Shown here: positions 1 through 8,127 of the stretch, piece after piece
How the letters are laid out: every line of letters begins with the position of its first letter
How positions within the stretch are numbered: the stretch's first letter is position 1
Assembly (NCBI GenBank): GCA_934277435.1
Contig: CAKQUE010000001.1
Span: 781-64,780 of the forward strand
Length of the DNA: 64,000 bases
Direction: 5' to 3'
Source of the DNA: an uncultured Alphaproteobacteria bacterium
GTDB taxonomy: Bacteria; Pseudomonadota; Alphaproteobacteria; RF32; CAG-239
Notes under the pieces: generated by a model
What the model was told of the DNA's origin: nothing
The model's input: the letters and a program-made list of their open reading frames with translations, nothing else
Databases searched by the model: none
Position numbers and translations under genes: made by a program

Positions 1-129
1 CTGCAAGTTAAAATTGACAGCATTGAAGAAGCCGATGAAGCATTTTCTACTTTGATGGGCGATGTGGTTGAACCTCGTAAAGAATTTATTCAAGAAAACG
101 CTCTAAAAGTACAAAACTTGGATATTTAA
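1..129 (+). CDS. gyrB: DNA gyrase subunit B, C-terminal 42 aa (partial; gene starts upstream of window)
   Basis: Frame 1 translates to ...[25 protein letters not shown], the conserved GyrB C-terminal tail; stop at 127-129. Confidence 0.7.
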   Translation: MQVKIDSIEEADEAFSTLMGDVVEPRKEFIQENALKVQNLDI

Positions 130-146
130 GTTTTTTTAACTCCGGC

Positions 147-185
147 AAACACCTCGTTTTTTAAGCGAGGTGTTTTGCTTTTATT
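147..185 (+). terminator. Rho-independent terminator after gyrB
   Basis: Stem aaacacctcg / cgaggtgttt with loop ttttttaag, followed by tgcttttatt. Confidence 0.6.
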
Positions 186-831
186 AAAAATACATAGAAA
201 CTTCACAGCGTCCGGCTACATCACAAGGATCACAAGACGCTTTTATATCGGCCAATGACATATCACGTAAACAAAGCTGACGTTTAGAATCGCAATAAGC
301 ATCTCCATAATAAGGTTTAGCACTGCCGCCCAAGGACCAAGTTCCCCGCCCCATTTTTAACACGTCATGTAAAGGTTGAATAACAGTTTGCAAAATTTGC
401 ATACACATTCTTTTAGGCTTATCTCGTTTTTTTCCGTAAGCTATTCCGGAGCCGCCTAAAATTATTACTATAACATAAGAACATGGCTTATTGTTGTCAC
501 AATTCCATTCAATTCCCAAATAATTACCGGCACTATCTCGCAAATATGCAGGCTGATAGTCAGGATACCACTTTGCCGGCAGTAGGCCTGCATTATATAA
601 AGTATTTCTGAAGTTAATAACACCTACGGTGTTTGGGTAATTCTTTTCAAAATTTGGGCGATATTCTAGCAAATTACGAACGAGTTCGCTATATTCATTC
701 ATAAGTTTGGTTGTCTTATATTTTTCCATAGCTTTGGAGAATCCGGCAATTCCGCCAACGGATAGAACAGCAATAATCGCCAACACACCCAGCATTTCTA
801 TCATAGAGCGACCTAATTGGCTATGTTTCAT
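184..831 (-). CDS. Type IV pilin / pseudopilin-like protein (prepilin-type N-terminal cleavage/methylation motif)
   Basis: N-terminus MKHSQLG|RSMIEMLGVLAIIAVLSVGGIAG: short basic leader, Gly then Glu at +5, 20-residue hydrophobic helix; C-terminal Cys pairs; GGAAG RBS upstream. Confidence 0.55.
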   Translation of the reverse strand: MKHSQLGRSMIEMLGVLAIIAVLSVGGIAGFSKAMEKYKTTKLMNEYSELVRNLLEYRPNFEKNYPNTVGVINFRNTLYNAGLLPAKWYPDYQPAYLRDSAGNYLGIEWNCDNNKPCSYVIVIILGGSGIAYGKKRDKPKRMCMQILQTVIQPLHDVLKMGRGTWSLGGSAKPYYGDAYCDSKRQLCLRDMSLADIKASCDPCDVAGRCEVSMYF

Positions 832-929
832 TGTGACTTCCTTTCTTCTCTTGTTAAACAGTAATAAAAAAAGCCGCTGAAAAAGCGACCGGAAGTTGAC
901 AACTATTTAAGACAAGCATAGTGTAGCAT

Positions 930-1133
930 ATTAGCATATAGCTTATTTTGCTACCTTCCGATCTACAGACCAGAAGGTATTTAACGTCTTTTATCGACGT
1001 GTCTTAAAGAGGTTGTCACACCCCGAACAGACTATTGTCTGTCTGCTTATATTGTTAGCAGAATCAGTCTGAAAAGTAAAGACATTTATTGTTTACAAAA
1101 AATCCTATTTACGGCGTAAATAGGATTTTTTTT
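930..1133 (+). ncRNA. Candidate small RNA (promoter-to-terminator unit with no ORF)
   Basis: TTGACA (896-901) -17 nt- TAGTGT (919-924) on + strand; GC-rich hairpins (cagactattgtctg); ends at strong terminator 1101-1133. Confidence 0.2.
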
Positions 1134-1135
1134 GT
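1097..1135. terminator. Bidirectional Rho-independent terminator (downstream of ptsN copy 1)
   Basis: aatcctattta-cggcg-taaataggatt flanked by A-run upstream and T8 downstream. Confidence 0.65.
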
Positions 1136-1149
1136 AAAACATAGTAGCT

Positions 1150-1842
1150 AATTTTTTACTTTTGCAAAGCAATATAAATTTCGTGTGCTGATTTTGCTTC
1201 TCTGATTTTGCGGCAAGTTTCTTCATCTTTCAAAACTCTTGACATCACGGCCAAAGCTTTTAAATGGTCTTCGCCACTTTTTTCTGGTGACAATAAAAAC
1301 GCTATCAAATCCACCGGATGCGAATCCAAAGCTTCATAATCTACGCCTTTATTCAAACGGGCAAAAACAGCAATAACTTTATCTAAGCCTTCAATTCGGG
1401 CGTGAGGGAAAGCAACACCATCGCCATAGCCGGTTGAACCCAAGTTTTCACGTTCTAATATTGCTTCAAAAACAGAATTTTCATCAATGTTTTCTTTTTC
1501 AGCAACAAATTTTGATAACTGTTCAAGCATATTGCGCTTGCTCTCGGCTTCAACATGAGCCAACACCATGTCTTCTGACAAGATATCTGATATTCCCATT
1601 TTTTATCCCTTTTAGTAAAAAATTATTCTGCAGGTTCAACCCAACCGATGTTACCATCTTTGCGACGATATACCATACTGATGCGGTTGTTGGCGCTGTT
1701 ACGGAACATCAAAGCGTTTTCATCGGCCAAATCCATATACATAACTGCTTCACCAACAGTGCAAAGTTTGATGTTAGCATCGGTTTCGGCAATGGTTAAA
1801 GGAGCAGATTCGTCAATGCTCATTTCATCTCCGGTTAAAGTG
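1150..1842. repeat. Direct repeat copy A (~690 bp, ~97-98% identical to 2405-3097)
   Basis: ptsN ORFs at 1156-1599 and 2411-2854 differ at 4 aa; flanking hpf 3' sequence also duplicated; similarity begins near 1150/2405 and breaks near 1842/3097. Confidence 0.8.
1156..1599 (-). CDS. ptsN: PTS EIIA-Ntr (nitrogen regulatory IIA), copy 1
   Basis: 147 aa; EIIA(Fru/Ntr) fold motifs incl. GVAFPHARIEG; near-identical paralog downstream. Confidence 0.8.
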   Translation of the reverse strand: MGISDILSEDMVLAHVEAESKRNMLEQLSKFVAEKENIDENSVFEAILERENLGSTGYGDGVAFPHARIEGLDKVIAVFARLNKGVDYEALDSHPVDLIAFLLSPEKSGEDHLKALAVMSRVLKDEETCRKIREAKSAHEIYIALQK

Positions 1843-1907
1843 CAACAAACTTGCCAATTTTGTAACAAGACAGAAAAAGGTTGCCTTTTTAATATTGTTT
1901 TTGACAA
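1623..1907 (-). CDS. Truncated HPF paralog: C-terminal (dimerisation) domain only, unrelated N-terminal 27 aa; possible pseudogene
   Basis: C-terminal 65 aa identical to end of long HPF at 2878-3438 (…MSIDESAPLTIAETDANIKLCTVGEAVMYMDLADENALMFRN…); product of segmental duplication. Confidence 0.45.
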   Translation of the reverse strand: MSKTILKRQPFSVLLQNWQVCCTLTGDEMSIDESAPLTIAETDANIKLCTVGEAVMYMDLADENALMFRNSANNRISMVYRRKDGNIGWVEPAE

Positions 1908-1962
1908 GTCTAACTAAAAAATCAAAAACGCCATGATGCACAAAAGCAACATGGCGTTCATT

Positions 1963-2277
1963 TTAACATTTTTCCCGTTTATAACATAAAGAAAAAACAC
2001 GATTTTTGATTCGTTCCCAAAAAGGAAGCTTTTTCATTTCCTGAATTGGGCTGTCTCCGCCAAATTCCAAATACAGAACATCTCCTTTTTGCAAACGAAC
2101 GGCTTGGACAAAACGCTTGTCATCCGTATAGATTTTTTCACTATGTATTGGACGAACTTTTTGATACCATGCCCGTTTCTGATAAATGTAAAAAATCTGA
2201 ACATATCTTTCAGATTTTTTTATATCCCAAACAATCGCCGGATATAAAAATTTAAAATTCAGTTCCAAATCTTCCAT
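1963..2277 (-). CDS. Hypothetical protein (104 aa) located between the two duplicate copies
   Basis: ORF with no recognised motifs; sits in the unique ~560 bp between repeats. Confidence 0.35.
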   Translation of the reverse strand: MEDLELNFKFLYPAIVWDIKKSERYVQIFYIYQKRAWYQKVRPIHSEKIYTDDKRFVQAVRLQKGDVLYLEFGGDSPIQEMKKLPFWERIKNRVFSLCYKREKC

Positions 2278-2404
2278 ATGCTTAAAATTAATAATAAAAA
2301 TGATAATAAAAATGTAATTTATATATTATATTCCGCATACGTTTTTGTCAATAAAAATAAGAGTCTCCATTCATAGCATGGAAACCCTTATTTTTTTAAT
2401 CAGC

Positions 2405-3097
2405 TTAATTTTACTTTTGCAAAGCCACATAAATTTCGTGCGCTGATTTTGCTTCTCTGATTTTGCGGCAAGTTTCTTCATCTTTCAAAACTCTTGACAT
2501 CACAGCCAAAGCTTTCAAATGGTCTTCTCCACTTTTTTCTGGTGACAATAAAAACGCTACCAAATCCACCGGATGCGAATCCAAAGATTCATAATCTACG
2601 CCTTTATCCAAACGAGCAAAAACAGCAATAACTTTATCTAAGCCTTCAATTCGGGCGTGAGGGAAAGCAACACCATCGCCATAGCCGGTTGAACCCAAGT
2701 TTTCACGTTCTAATATTGCTTCAAAAACAGAATTTTCATCAATGTTTTCTTTTTCAGCAACAAATTTTGATAACTGTTCAAGCATATTGCGCTTGCTCTC
2801 GGCTTCAACATGAGCCAACACCATGTCTTCTGACAAGATATCTGATATTCCCATTTTTTATCCCTTTTAGTAAAAAATTATTCTGCAGGTTCAACCCAAC
2901 CGATGTTACCATCTTTGCGACGATATACCATACTGATGCGGTTGTTGGCGCTGTTACGGAACATCAAAGCGTTTTCATCGGCCAAATCCATATACATAAC
3001 TGCTTCACCAACAGTGCAAAGTTTGATGTTAGCATCGGTTTCGGCAATGGTTAAAGGAGCAGACTCATCAATGCTCATTTCATCTTCGGTTTCTTTA
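2405..3097. repeat. Direct repeat copy B (ptsN + hpf 3' part)
   Basis: See copy A. Confidence 0.8.
2411..2854 (-). CDS. ptsN: PTS EIIA-Ntr, copy 2
   Basis: 147 aa, 4 substitutions vs copy 1. Confidence 0.85.
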   Translation of the reverse strand: MGISDILSEDMVLAHVEAESKRNMLEQLSKFVAEKENIDENSVFEAILERENLGSTGYGDGVAFPHARIEGLDKVIAVFARLDKGVDYESLDSHPVDLVAFLLSPEKSGEDHLKALAVMSRVLKDEETCRKIREAKSAHEIYVALQK

Positions 3098-3438
3098 ACA
3101 GGGAAAACAGCAGCATGAGCCATTTCCACAATACCGGTTTTACCTTTGTGGTCATTCAATTTTGTTTTTTGACGGCGCAAACGAGTAGCGATATGTTCAT
3201 TAGCATTATCAAAAGCAGAATAAGGATCTGCGGCAACGCCTGTACCTTTCAAAACAATGTTTTTAGCCGGATGAACAGTAACTTCTGCTCTAAAATCTTC
3301 GCCATCTTTAGAAAAAGCTACACTGCAGCTGATTGGAGCGTTAAAATACTTGTTTACGGCATTTTCAACAGCTTCTTCAACACGGTTGCGCAGTCTGTCG
3401 CTAATATCTACTTGTTTTCCTGTTAATGTAATTTTCAT
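2878..3438 (-). CDS. hpf: Ribosome hibernation promoting factor, long form (HPF/RaiA N-domain + C-terminal dimerisation domain)
   Basis: 186 aa; MKITLTGKQVDISDRLRNRVEEAVENAVNKYF… typical sigma54-modulation/HPF N-terminus. Confidence 0.85.
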   Translation of the reverse strand: MKITLTGKQVDISDRLRNRVEEAVENAVNKYFNAPISCSVAFSKDGEDFRAEVTVHPAKNIVLKGTGVAADPYSAFDNANEHIATRLRRQKTKLNDHKGKTGIVEMAHAAVFPVKETEDEMSIDESAPLTIAETDANIKLCTVGEAVMYMDLADENALMFRNSANNRISMVYRRKDGNIGWVEPAE

Positions 3439-3533
3439 GATTTACCTCATTTGTTAATTATTTCGGCACAATCGCCTTTTGTAACTGTTTTATAGTATAA
3501 CACTGTTTAAGCAAAAGTAAACAACATACTTTT

Positions 3534-4280
3534 TTATAGTGAGAAATTATCACCCAAATATACTTTGCGCACTTCTTCATTTGCCACAATCTCGTCCGGA
3601 GTTCCCTCCATCAAAACTGTTCCACCGTGTAAAATATACGCTCTGTCAATAATATCCAAGGTCTCTCGTACATTGTGATCGGTAATAAGCACGCCCAAAC
3701 CGCGGTTTTTAAGCTGTGACACCAAGGTACGGATTTCTCCAACGGCAATAGGGTCAATACCGGCTAAAGGTTCGTCCAGCAAAATAAAGCTTGGTTTGCT
3801 AGCCAACGCTCGGGCAATTTCCAAACGACGGCGCTCACCGCCGGATAGCGCTAAAGCCGGAGATTTGCGCAGGTGGGCAATAGAAAATTCATTTAGCAAT
3901 TCTTCAAGCATGTCTTCACGCTGATTTTCATCATCTATAACAATTTGCAAAATGGCTTTAATATTATCCTCAACACTCAGAGTTCTAAAAATAGAAGCTT
4001 CTTGCGGCAAATAGCCAATACCCATGCGGGCGCGTTTATACATTGGCATATCGGTTATATCCTGCCCACCGATATAAACATCGCCGTAATCAGGTGTAAT
4101 CAAACCGGTAACGCAATAGAAGCATGTGGTTTTACCGGCGCCATTAGGGCCAAGCAAACCAACCGCCTCGCCTTTTTTGACGTGCAGCGACACATTTTTC
4201 AGTACAGTACGTTTTTTATATTTTTTACCGATATTGAAAATTTCCAGCTCTTCGGTTTCATTAGTCTGATTTTTTACCAT
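3534..4280 (-). CDS. lptB: LPS export ABC transporter ATP-binding protein LptB
   Basis: 248 aa; Walker A GPNGAGKTT, signature LSGGERRRLEIARAL, Walker B ILLDEP; canonical position upstream of hpf-ptsN. Confidence 0.85.
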   Translation of the reverse strand: MVKNQTNETEELEIFNIGKKYKKRTVLKNVSLHVKKGEAVGLLGPNGAGKTTCFYCVTGLITPDYGDVYIGGQDITDMPMYKRARMGIGYLPQEASIFRTLSVEDNIKAILQIVIDDENQREDMLEELLNEFSIAHLRKSPALALSGGERRRLEIARALASKPSFILLDEPLAGIDPIAVGEIRTLVSQLKNRGLGVLITDHNVRETLDIIDRAYILHGGTVLMEGTPDEIVANEEVRKVYLGDNFSL

Positions 4281-5319
4281 TTTCCGTTTTCCTTTTGCTG
4301 TAAAACGTACCGGATATCCGGCCGCCTGTTTTTTTATTTCCGACGATTCGGCTTATTTGTGTATTTAAATCTGTTTCAGCCATATTTCCGTTGATAACAT
4401 TTCCATGCTGCTCCAACTTAACTTTTCCTGTGAGCTGAACCTTTGCCGTTTTTGGATTATAAACGCCTTTATCGCCATAAGCTTTTCCTTTTGGCGTGAT
4501 AATGCGCACATGTCCCATGGCTTCGGCCTTTTCCAGTTCATTTTTTTGAGAATAAAAAGCTTTAACCGTATCGGCATATAAAATATTGTCGCCTTGCCGC
4601 ACAACAACATTGCCAACCGAAACGCTCTCGTGCTTGTTTTGAAAATAACGGGTTTCTTTTTCGGCAGTCAACGTACCTTGTGAGGTGGTAACAACATGTT
4701 TGCCTTTCAAAACCAAAATATTATCTTGCTTGAAATATTCAAAAGCGGAAGCTTCTAAATCGCCCCAATCTCCCTCGGCGTTGACGCGTTCATTATTATA
4801 ACCATGTTCAGCCTCAAAGTCATAAACAACTTGTTCGGTGCGAACTTTGGTGCCGCTTTCATCAATTGCATTTACGTATCCGTTTAAGCGCAGCATATTT
4901 TTTTCTTGATTAAAATAACCTTCGACAGCGCTGATTTTAATCGTACCATTATCAGTCGGTATTTCGCCTTTAGGACTGTTTATTTTAACTTCTTTAGAAC
5001 CTGGGGCAACTTCGTCGACACTGTCTGCGGTAACAGTTCCAACCCTGTTTTTAGAATCCGTGGTATGATAAACAGTTTGTTCTATATGCAGCTTTTCCAT
5101 TTCATTTTTACGCGGCATAGTCACGTTGTTTTGCAAATCGATACTTTTTTTTATGTTTGGCATTACCAACATAACCCCGAAAATGGCGGCGGCAACGCAA
5201 GGAAAACCTAATTTAACAAAACGCAGCCATCTGGAAGTTTGCGGTTTATTGTCATACTTAATTTCGTCAAGCTGCCGCTTTCCGTTGAAATAATCATCAA
5301 TTTTGCGCGAGTCAAACAT
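4261..5319 (-). CDS. OstA-family LPS transport protein: N-terminal TM anchor (LptC-like) followed by LptA-like domain (apparent LptC-LptA fusion)
   Basis: 352 aa; TM helix LGFPCVAAAIFGVMLVM; C-terminal half has LptA-like β-jellyroll strands (VQLTGKVKLEQHGNVINGNMAETDL); sits in lptC-lptA slot between kdsD and lptB. Confidence 0.55.
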   Translation of the reverse strand: MFDSRKIDDYFNGKRQLDEIKYDNKPQTSRWLRFVKLGFPCVAAAIFGVMLVMPNIKKSIDLQNNVTMPRKNEMEKLHIEQTVYHTTDSKNRVGTVTADSVDEVAPGSKEVKINSPKGEIPTDNGTIKISAVEGYFNQEKNMLRLNGYVNAIDESGTKVRTEQVVYDFEAEHGYNNERVNAEGDWGDLEASAFEYFKQDNILVLKGKHVVTTSQGTLTAEKETRYFQNKHESVSVGNVVVRQGDNILYADTVKAFYSQKNELEKAEAMGHVRIITPKGKAYGDKGVYNPKTAKVQLTGKVKLEQHGNVINGNMAETDLNTQISRIVGNKKTGGRISGTFYSKRKTENGKKSD

Positions 5320-5322
5320 TAA

Positions 5323-6288
5323 TTAGCTAACTCCAGCTTTTAAGCAATCGTGAATATGAATAACTCCAACCGGTTTTGTACCCTTAACCACAAACAAATT
5401 GGTAATTCCGCGTCCGGTGTTGTTCATCACATTAACAGCTTCGGCAATTAAAGCGTCAGGCGCAATCGTTTTTGGATTTTTGGTCATAACTTTTGAAACT
5501 TTTTCCGTAATCAAATCCGGCGACATCCAGCGGCGCAAATCACCATCGGTAATTATTCCGATTAAATCGCCGTTATCATTGACAATGCCAACACAGCCCA
5601 ACATTTTTTCTGACATTTTAATTAAAGCGTCCTGCATAATAGCGTTGTCTTTAACCAGCGGCATTTCCTCGCCAGTATGCATAACATCAGAAACATGGCG
5701 CAAAACAGAACCAAGTTTTCCGCCTGGGTGACGCAAATGGAAATCATCTTCGGTAAAACCGCGGCGCACCATTAAATCTGCCGCCAAAATATCGCCCATA
5801 ACCAAAGTAGCAGTTGTGGAAGATGTCGGCGCCAAACCCAAAGGACAAGCCTCGCGATTGCTTGGCAGTTTCAACACATAATCGCTGTTTTTACCCAATG
5901 AACTTTCCGGATTTTTAGTAATAGCAATCAATGGCACACCAAAACGGCGGCAATATACCAAAATATCGGACAGTTCTTTTGACTCACCGCTGTTGGAAAT
6001 CGCAATTACCGTATCATCTGCTGTTATCATACCCAAATCGCCGTGACTGGCCTCGCCTGGGTGCAAAAAGAAAGACGGCGTTCCGGTAGAAGCAAAAGTC
6101 GCAGCCATTTTACGGCCAATATGGCCTGATTTTCCCATACCTGTAACAATCACGCGGCCTTTTGTTTTTTGTAAAACGTCAACCGCTGTGGTCAAAGTAC
6201 CGTCCAGCTCGTTCTCCATAGCTTTTAAAGCCTCTACTTCACGGTCTATGGTTTGTTTTGCCACTTCAATATCTTTATTTTCCGTCAC
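5323..6288 (-). CDS. kdsD: Arabinose-5-phosphate isomerase (SIS + tandem CBS domains), KdsD/KpsF family
   Basis: 321 aa; SIS motif VTGMGKSGHIGRKMAATFASTGTPSFF; C-terminal CBS pair. Confidence 0.85.
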   Translation of the reverse strand: MTENKDIEVAKQTIDREVEALKAMENELDGTLTTAVDVLQKTKGRVIVTGMGKSGHIGRKMAATFASTGTPSFFLHPGEASHGDLGMITADDTVIAISNSGESKELSDILVYCRRFGVPLIAITKNPESSLGKNSDYVLKLPSNREACPLGLAPTSSTTATLVMGDILAADLMVRRGFTEDDFHLRHPGGKLGSVLRHVSDVMHTGEEMPLVKDNAIMQDALIKMSEKMLGCVGIVNDNGDLIGIITDGDLRRWMSPDLITEKVSKVMTKNPKTIAPDALIAEAVNVMNNTGRGITNLFVVKGTKPVGVIHIHDCLKAGVS

Positions 6289-6372
6289 GATAGTCTCCTT
6301 TTTTTAATTCTTTTCAGAATAATAGAATTTTTGCCCTAAAATTCAAGATTTTTTTGGGTTTTATGCTCTTTT

Positions 6373-6828
6373 TCAGGCTTTTTGTTCCCATTTGCCGGCA
6401 GAACTTTGCTGCCAATAATAAACTTCATGGCCGGCGTTTTTATACTCTTTCCACAAGCGTCGTGCCTGTTGTAAAGCTTCGTCAGAATTGCCGTCAAAAA
6501 TATTAAACACACGTTCGTATTGTTCTATTGCGGCCGGACTTTCCTCTGCTCCGTCAACCAAAAACAAAAACTTAGCTTTGTTTGGATTTTCAGAATCCGC
6601 CGCGAGCCAAATTGGCTGCTGCTCGGCAAAACCGTCTTTTTTGGAGCCATGCGGTAAAAAACTTTCATCATTAAAGGTCCAAAGCAAAGAATTTAGAAAT
6701 TCTACTCTCTCTTCTGTCCCCACCTTTATTTTGACACGTTTGCCAGTGCCATAAGCTTTTTGCAGCAAAAGAGGTAAAACGTCTTCCAGTGTTTTTTTCT
6801 GTAAATGATAAAAATCTACTCTGCTCAT
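6373..6828 (-). CDS. holC: DNA polymerase III chi subunit
   Basis: 151 aa; MSRVDFYHL… chi-subunit N-terminus. Confidence 0.65.
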   Translation of the reverse strand: MSRVDFYHLQKKTLEDVLPLLLQKAYGTGKRVKIKVGTEERVEFLNSLLWTFNDESFLPHGSKKDGFAEQQPIWLAADSENPNKAKFLFLVDGAEESPAAIEQYERVFNIFDGNSDEALQQARRLWKEYKNAGHEVYYWQQSSAGKWEQKA

Positions 6829-8123
6829 AGCGCCGCTTTCACATTCAAATAAACATTATACGAGCCGTCGCTGTCTTTTAGCTGCAGTTTAATTTTTCCA
6901 TCAACCGGCTGCTTTATTTTGACTTTCATATCTTCAACGCCGAAAATAGGTTTATCGTTCACCATAACAATGCGATCGCCCATTTTTATCCCCTTGTTTT
7001 CAGCCTCAGAATCATTTTTCACCGCCGTTATGGCCAATTCTTTTGTCGTTTCTTCATAATAGGCCGAAATACCTAAAGTTTCAAACAAAACCGCCTTCCC
7101 GATTTTATATTTATCCAGTCCAAGTTCCTCAAAGCTTCGCATTTCGGCAAAATTATCTTTAGGTAAAACTTTTGGCTCTTCCGGAGCTTTAGCTACTATG
7201 ATTTTTGTTTCAATGATTTGAGCATCTCGGACGATGGCTGCCTGTATTTCTGTATCCGGCGCAAGTTTTGATATTTCATAAGAAAACAAGCGCGGATTTT
7301 TTAAGCTAACCTGACCAAAACTCAAAATTTTATCCCCAACCTTTAATCCGGCTTTTGCCGCAGGTGAATTTTCTTCCATAGCAGAAACAATCAAAGCCTC
7401 ACTATTGGCATCATCTTTGGTGAAGACTTTTTGCACGCTCATACCCAACCAACCGCGAATCACCTTGCCATTTTGTTTTAATTGGCTGACAACCCATTTG
7501 ACCACATTTGATGGTGTGGCAAAGCCTACTCCAACGTTTTTACCGTCTTCCGAGAAAATAGCCGTGCTCATACCAATGATTTTGCCATCCATATTGAAAA
7601 GCGGTCCGCCGGAATTTCCTTGATTGATAGCAGCGTCAGTCTGCAAAAAGTTGTCATAAGCCCCTTTATCTATATCACGTTCTTTAGCCGAGATAATTCC
7701 CAAAGACACGCTATTGCCCAATCCAAAAGGATTACCAATAGCAAAAACCTGATTACCAACCCTGATTGCGTCCGAATCGCCAAAATGCCCTGCCTCGAGA
7801 TTAATAGGATTTTTAACTTTAAGCAAAGCTATATCCGTTTTTTCATCAACCCCGACTAAATTTGCGGCAAAGGTTTCGCCGCTTGGAAGTTGAAGTGTGA
7901 TTTTTTTGGCATTTTCCATTACATGCGCATTTGTCACCACATAACCGGCGGCGCTGATAATAATGCCGGCACCAAGTGCTTGTTCGTCATCACTAACATC
8001 AACAGCGATGCTTACAACCGAGGGATTAACTTCCTCAATAACATCTTCTAGCAAGCGCTGCTCTGCCCGCAACGGCAACGCCAATATTAGCCCCAAAACA
8101 AAAACACTCCAAAATTTAAGCAT
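6825..8123 (-). CDS. degP: Periplasmic serine endoprotease DegP/HtrA family (trypsin domain + 2 PDZ)
   Basis: Catalytic GNSGGPL motif, His/Asp context, two PDZ-like C-terminal segments. Start moved to the internal Met (MLKFWSVFVLGLILALPLRA signal peptide, ATG at 8121-8123), which avoids overlap with hflC. Confidence 0.8.
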   Translation of the reverse strand: MLKFWSVFVLGLILALPLRAEQRLLEDVIEEVNPSVVSIAVDVSDDEQALGAGIIISAAGYVVTNAHVMENAKKITLQLPSGETFAANLVGVDEKTDIALLKVKNPINLEAGHFGDSDAIRVGNQVFAIGNPFGLGNSVSLGIISAKERDIDKGAYDNFLQTDAAINQGNSGGPLFNMDGKIIGMSTAIFSEDGKNVGVGFATPSNVVKWVVSQLKQNGKVIRGWLGMSVQKVFTKDDANSEALIVSAMEENSPAAKAGLKVGDKILSFGQVSLKNPRLFSYEISKLAPDTEIQAAIVRDAQIIETKIIVAKAPEEPKVLPKDNFAEMRSFEELGLDKYKIGKAVLFETLGISAYYEETTKELAITAVKNDSEAENKGIKMGDRIVMVNDKPIFGVEDMKVKIKQPVDGKIKLQLKDSDGSYNVYLNVKAAL

Positions 8124-8127
8124 ATTT

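Noticed and set aside
1434-1799. 121-aa plus-strand ORF antisense to ptsN copy 1, with an identical twin at 2689-3054
   Set aside because: It lies entirely within the better-supported ptsN genes on the opposite strand. The twin exists only because the DNA segment is duplicated, which is not evidence of selection.
2278-2410. Short direct repeat aataataaaaatg x2 and weak hairpin downstream of ptsN copy 2
   Set aside because: Low-complexity AT-rich sequence. The stem is only 5 bp, so it is not a convincing terminator or functional repeat.
3945-4394. 149-aa plus-strand ORF overlapping lptB, plus similar antisense ORFs throughout (e.g. 7405-7859, 8326-8958, 9197-9823, 19343-19624, 22805-23089, 25703-26222, 35372-35904, 45626-46102)
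   Set aside because: All are embedded antisense in strongly supported genes, have low-complexity or odd composition, and lack RBS or promoter context. Treated as spurious.
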